This document shows positions 62,507-64,000 of a stretch of DNA of 64,000 nt, one piece after another. Under the pieces are notes generated by a model. It did not search any database, had not been told where the DNA came from, and saw nothing but the letters and a program-made list of their open reading frames with translations. Both the position numbers and the translations under genes were made by a program. The DNA comes from Octopus bimaculoides (lineage: Eukaryota). The stretch is from assembly GCF_001194135.2 (NCBI RefSeq), contig NC_068984.1, forward strand, positions 73,070,915-73,134,914. The letters run 5' to 3'. The first letter of the stretch is position 1. Every line of letters starts with the position of its first letter.

Positions 62507-64000
62507 NNNNNNNNNNNNNNNNNNNNNNNNNNNNNNNNNNNNNNNNNNNNNNNNNNNNNNNNNNNNNNNNNNNNNNNNNNNNNNNNNNNNNNNNNNNNNN
62601 NNNNNNNNNNNNNNNNNNNNNNNNNNNNNNNNNNNNNNNNNNNNNNNNNNNNNNNNNNNNNNNNNNNNNNNNNNNNNNNNNNNNNNNNNNNNNNNNNNNN
62701 NNNNNNNNNNNNNNNNNNNNNNNNNNNNNNNNNNNNNNNNNNNNNNNNNNNNNNNNNNNNNNNNNNNNNNNNNNNNNNNNNNNNNNNNNNNNNNNNNNNN
62801 NNNNNNNNNNNNNNNNNNNNNNNNNNNNNNNNNNNNNNNNNNNNNNNNNNNATATATATATACATAAATAAAGAGTTTTTGTGTTAGTTTAATTAAATTT
62901 TCAATCGAGGATGATAATCAAAGAACGTAAGGATTTTAAGATGTGATACAGACAGATGAAAACGAAGATTTCTACATTTGAAAGAGATGTGTGGAGCAGA
63001 TGTTAAAAATCTCTAGCTAAATAAGGCTACAGAATAACTTGAAGGTGACAGAAGGTTGTAGAATACTGATGCAAGTAAGAAGAATCGAACGCTAGGAATG
63101 AAATATATTTTAGAGTAAATATGATGTTGGTCTAATTGAAAATAAGTAAGATAATTCAAGCTGAATACGATATGAATTTATAACTGAAGGGGTAAATAAT
63201 TCGCGTTGTTATTAGTGCCGGGTGTTCGAAATTAATGTAGAAAGAAATAGATTATGAGATAAGGAATTAGACGAAATAGATAAGAATTATTGAAGCGAGA
63301 GGTAAATTTAATGAACGACAATAAAAGAAAAATGAGCACGTAAAACGAAAGCCTTCAAAGGTAAAGTGACAATGAATATGTGTCAGTAAATTATCAATAA
63401 CACTAGATGAAGAGTCGGCTTTGCTATGACAGGAAAGGGACTGTAATTATGGTTTAAGTAAGCAGAAGTTTTATAGTTTAGATGTAATGATGGAAATACA
63501 TAGGCAATTCTGAGATGGATGTGTACGATAGTTTATTTTCAAGCAGTATAAAGTAGCATCTATGTGAACTGAGTAAAGCATATATTCGATTAATATTGAG
63601 AATTTCGTTAATAATAGTGGTTAAGGCTATAAAACAGGATTTGGGAGTAAAAAGGGTATAAAACATGTCAAAATAATCCAAAGGCCCATATAACAATATA
63701 TCTTCCAAAATGAAATCGGAATGAAATGAGGTTTGGTAAAAAGTATGACGACAAAAACATCTAAAGAACTAGAATTACGATGGAATATGAAAGAAATAAA
63801 GAAATAAATTATTCTATGAGCGTGTTTGTTTGATTGGTTGGTCGTACAATAGGAATCGGAATGGTGGTAAAAGAATTAGAATGCTAAGGGAATAAAACAA
63901 GTGCCTATGCTCTTCTCCGTCTACAATCTACATTTGTATATATTAATTTTGCTTTCATGCAAATCCTTGCTCTCCTTTTTTTAGCGCTAGGTCAGCTAAC

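Noticed and set aside
69-63708. Most ORFs in the supplied track (poly-I/Y/L, CV/HT/YI repeats, X runs)
   Set aside because: They are translations of microsatellites or N-gaps, with no domain content or splice support.

Overview
AT-rich, microsatellite-saturated eukaryotic non-coding DNA from a fragmented draft assembly. It has 15 N-gaps (about 1407-1681, 2926-3024, 8616-9148, 14465-14889, 17410-17664, 19559-20283, 21540-21549, 37182-37281, 38534-38762, 39988-40944, 44962-45282, 53544-53803, 57122-57446, 61618-61912, 62507-62850), many next to (TA)n. The SINE families and repeat density look like Octopus (inference from recalled repeat families, not a database result). I cannot support any host protein-coding gene, rRNA, tRNA or CRISPR array; most ORFs in the supplied track are translations of microsatellites or run through gaps. 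The window is a transposon graveyard. It holds about nine fragments of R4/Dong-clade non-LTR retrotransposons, most abutting (AAT)n, two tRNA-type SINE families, an unclassified ~540-bp (AAT)n-embedded repeat, a DD34D mariner pseudogene and RTE/CR1/Tc1/hAT relics. It also holds Penelope-like element (PLE) pieces: a GIY-YIG endonuclease, an RT resembling the Naiad clade, and several termini. The most notable signal is that PLE-type termini occur repeatedly as fold-back inverted repeats (13.5, 17.4-17.8, 33.6 and 59.5-60.8 kb) carrying minimal type I hammerhead-ribozyme motifs. Two have an intact CUGAUGA...GAAAC-AGCU-GUA core and one is a U3/A8 covariant. A head-to-head (TTAGGG)n/(CCCTAA)n block at 62.3 kb is more likely part of a palindromic transposon than a chromosome-fusion scar.
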